Positions 62,114 through 64,000 of a stretch of 64,000 nt of DNA are shown here, piece by piece. The position numbers and the translations under genes are program-made. This stretch comes from Nemertoderma westbladi. Lineage: Eukaryota; Animalia; Xenacoelomorpha. The notes beneath the pieces were generated by a model. It was not told the origin of the DNA. It did not search any database and saw only the letters and a list, made by a program, of their open reading frames with translations. Numbering within the stretch: the first letter of the stretch is position 1; each line of letters starts with the position of its first letter. Location: positions 186,001 through 250,000 of the forward strand of contig JAUCBJ010001846.1 of the NCBI GenBank assembly GCA_032718475.1, written 5' to 3'.

Positions 62114-62421
62114 TGGAAGATTACACCAATTGGCATAAACGCTTAAGTTGGCGCGTTAAGCGTGGTTATTTAGAAGTCAACACCATCTTAATTGCCTTTT
62201 TAAAAGCCAATCATCTTGACCCAGAAAGTGTATTAAAAACAGATGCGTCAAAAAGAGAAAAGTTTGAAAATCTTTTAAATCAATACTCAGATCAAACACT
62301 TTTTAATTATTTAGTGAAATTAGAATTTGATGATCAAAACCAAGCGATTGTTAAATATTGTCACCACATTGTTCACATAGCTGCCCATTATTTAGCCCAT
62401 CACCCTCAAAGCACGATATAA
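62113..62421 (+). CDS. sdhE: Succinate dehydrogenase assembly factor SdhE-like
   Basis: KRLSWR.KRGYLEVN..L..F (RGxxE motif); directly follows sdhB. Confidence 0.7.
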   Translation: MEDYTNWHKRLSWRVKRGYLEVNTILIAFLKANHLDPESVLKTDASKREKFENLLNQYSDQTLFNYLVKLEFDDQNQAIVKYCHHIVHIAAHYLAHHPQSTI

Positions 62422-63339
62422 ATGAATGAAGGTGCTGCGCTCTCAATTTTGGCAGCCCTTGCAGTTGATTACTTATTAGGCGAGCCCCCCAACCGTTTTC
62501 ACCCGTGGTATTGGGTAGGGCATTTAGCCAGTGAATTTGAAAGATTATTTAATCGTTCGTTGAAAAAAGGGTGGGTAATTTTTTTAGGAGCGCTTGCATC
62601 CTGTTTGTTATTTTTAATCGTTTTTGTATTCGTGGGTGGTTTTTTAAGTGTGTTACCACCTGTGGCACAAGCTATTGTGGTGTTATATTTTTGTGTGGGG
62701 TACAAAAGTTTGGTCTCACATGTGACTTGTGTGAAAAAAAATTTAGAACATAACGATATTCAAGCCGCCAGAAAATCGGTCAGCTTGATTGTTAGTCGAA
62801 ATACCAAACAAATGGATCAAGGGGCTTGCATACGTGCCACGGTTGAATCCTTGGTTGAAAATTTCAGCGATGCGGTTACAGCTAGTTTATTTTGGTACTG
62901 TATAGGCGGGTGGCCGCTTGTTCTGCTTCATCGTTTGGTGAATTTATTAGATGCCATGTGGGGGTATAAAACGCCACAATTTTTATATTTTGGGCGATTT
63001 GTTGCCTATTTGGATGATATGCTCAACTACATGCCAGCACGGCTAACGGTGCTGAGTTATTTATTAGTGGGCTCAGGTACTAAAGGCATGAGCGAAATTC
63101 GTTTGCATGCTAGAAAGTGGGCGAGCCCAAACGCCGGGGTTTTAATTGCGGCAGCGGCTGGGAGTTTTAAAATTCGTTTGGGTGGTTTAGCATATTACTC
63201 AAATGGTATGGAACACAGACCTTATATTGGCACTAATAGGCATAATTCAATTAAAGATATTGATGCCGCCCTTGTCAAAATATGGCAGGCTTTTTTAGTT
63301 TGGTTGGTAGTGATCATGTTGTTATTAGCGGTGGTGTAG
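62422..63339 (+). CDS. cbiB: Adenosylcobinamide-phosphate synthase CbiB/CobD
   Basis: D.LLGEP...HP, IVSRNT, ES..EN.SDAV, NLLDAMWGY, DD.LNY.PAR and SPNAG. Confidence 0.92.
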   Translation: MNEGAALSILAALAVDYLLGEPPNRFHPWYWVGHLASEFERLFNRSLKKGWVIFLGALASCLLFLIVFVFVGGFLSVLPPVAQAIVVLYFCVGYKSLVSHVTCVKKNLEHNDIQAARKSVSLIVSRNTKQMDQGACIRATVESLVENFSDAVTASLFWYCIGGWPLVLLHRLVNLLDAMWGYKTPQFLYFGRFVAYLDDMLNYMPARLTVLSYLLVGSGTKGMSEIRLHARKWASPNAGVLIAAAAGSFKIRLGGLAYYSNGMEHRPYIGTNRHNSIKDIDAALVKIWQAFLVWLVVIMLLLAVV

Positions 63340-63999
63340 ATGAAAAATTTAGATGAATTAAAAATTGCGGTGATTGGTTTGGGTTATGTTGGTTTGCCAC
63401 TTGCTGTTTCTTTTGCTAAGCGATATGACGTGGTGGGTTTTGATACCAATAAACAGCGAATACTAGATTTAACAGCACACCTCGATATCACAAAAGAAAT
63501 TAGTACTGAACAATTGCAGACATCATCTGCCATTTATACGGCTGACCCTAAGCAAATCAAAGCCTGTAACTGCTATATTATGACAGTTCCCACCCCCATT
63601 GATTTGCACAAAGTCCCAGATTTGTCTGCTTTAAAAAAGGCCAGCGCTTTGGTGGGTCGTTTTCTAAAGTCTAAAGATATCGTGGTGTATGAGTCTACCG
63701 TGTATCCGGGGGCGACCGAAGAGGTATGTGTGCCTATTTTAGTTGAACAATCAGGACTCAAGTTCAATCAAGATTTTTTTGTGGGCTATAGCCCTGAACG
63801 TATCAACCCAGGGGATAAAATACACCGACTAGAAACCATCAAAAAAGTGGTATCTGGCTCAACACCCAAGATTTGCAGCTTGTTAGCGAGATTGTATGGC
63901 TCAATTATTCAGGCGGGCATTCACGAGGCTAAAGACATTAAAACCGCTGAAGCCGCCAAAATTATTGAAAATACACAACGTGACATTAACATTGCACTG
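63340..63999 (+). CDS. Nucleotide-sugar dehydrogenase (TviB/WbpO-like), runs off window end
   Basis: Not in the ORF track. [22 protein letters not shown]...VPTP...[11 protein letters not shown]...[11 protein letters not shown]...[18 protein letters not shown]. Confidence 0.9.
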   Translation, partial: MKNLDELKIAVIGLGYVGLPLAVSFAKRYDVVGFDTNKQRILDLTAHLDITKEISTEQLQTSSAIYTADPKQIKACNCYIMTVPTPIDLHKVPDLSALKKASALVGRFLKSKDIVVYESTVYPGATEEVCVPILVEQSGLKFNQDFFVGYSPERINPGDKIHRLETIKKVVSGSTPKICSLLARLYGSIIQAGIHEAKDIKTAEAAKIIENTQRDINIAL

Positions 64000-64000
64000 A

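Noticed and set aside
1-64000. CRISPR arrays, tRNA/rRNA genes, IS elements, integrases
   Set aside because: No regularly spaced repeats, tRNA-like arms or transposase/integrase motifs were recognised by eye; a dedicated scan was not possible.

Overview
AT-rich gammaproteobacterial chromosomal segment. The backbone is intact housekeeping genes: dut-argB, rmuC, dgkA, rluD/bamD, nadE-radA, sucCD, pyrF, thiSG...trmB, rpe, ruvX-pyrR-pyrB-pyrC'-pyrK-proC-ilvA, infA-rpoH / grpE-dnaK-dnaJ, eno-ftsB-ispD-ispF, ppsA, malic enzyme, sdhCDABE and cbiB. Single accessory genes and small islets are interspersed, and many of them are disrupted. No rRNA, tRNA, CRISPR array, integrase or transposase was recognised. 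Highlights: (1) between thiG and trmB, an OleA/KAS-III-type condensing enzyme sits directly upstream of a CqsS/LqsS-type sensor kinase, a candidate new quorum-sensing circuit in which a thiolase-fold synthase replaces CqsA; both genes are disrupted in this sequence. (2) An intact orphan protein with two tandem AetD-like heme-oxygenase-like diiron domains. (3) An egtB-egtD operon coupled to a one-cysteine racemase-fold protein. (4) A HAF-repeat autotransporter islet flanked by a 38-bp duplication of the thiG 3' end. (5) A decayed NYN RNase gene with a promoter and a structured RNA leader. All family assignments are by-eye motif recognition, not database searches.
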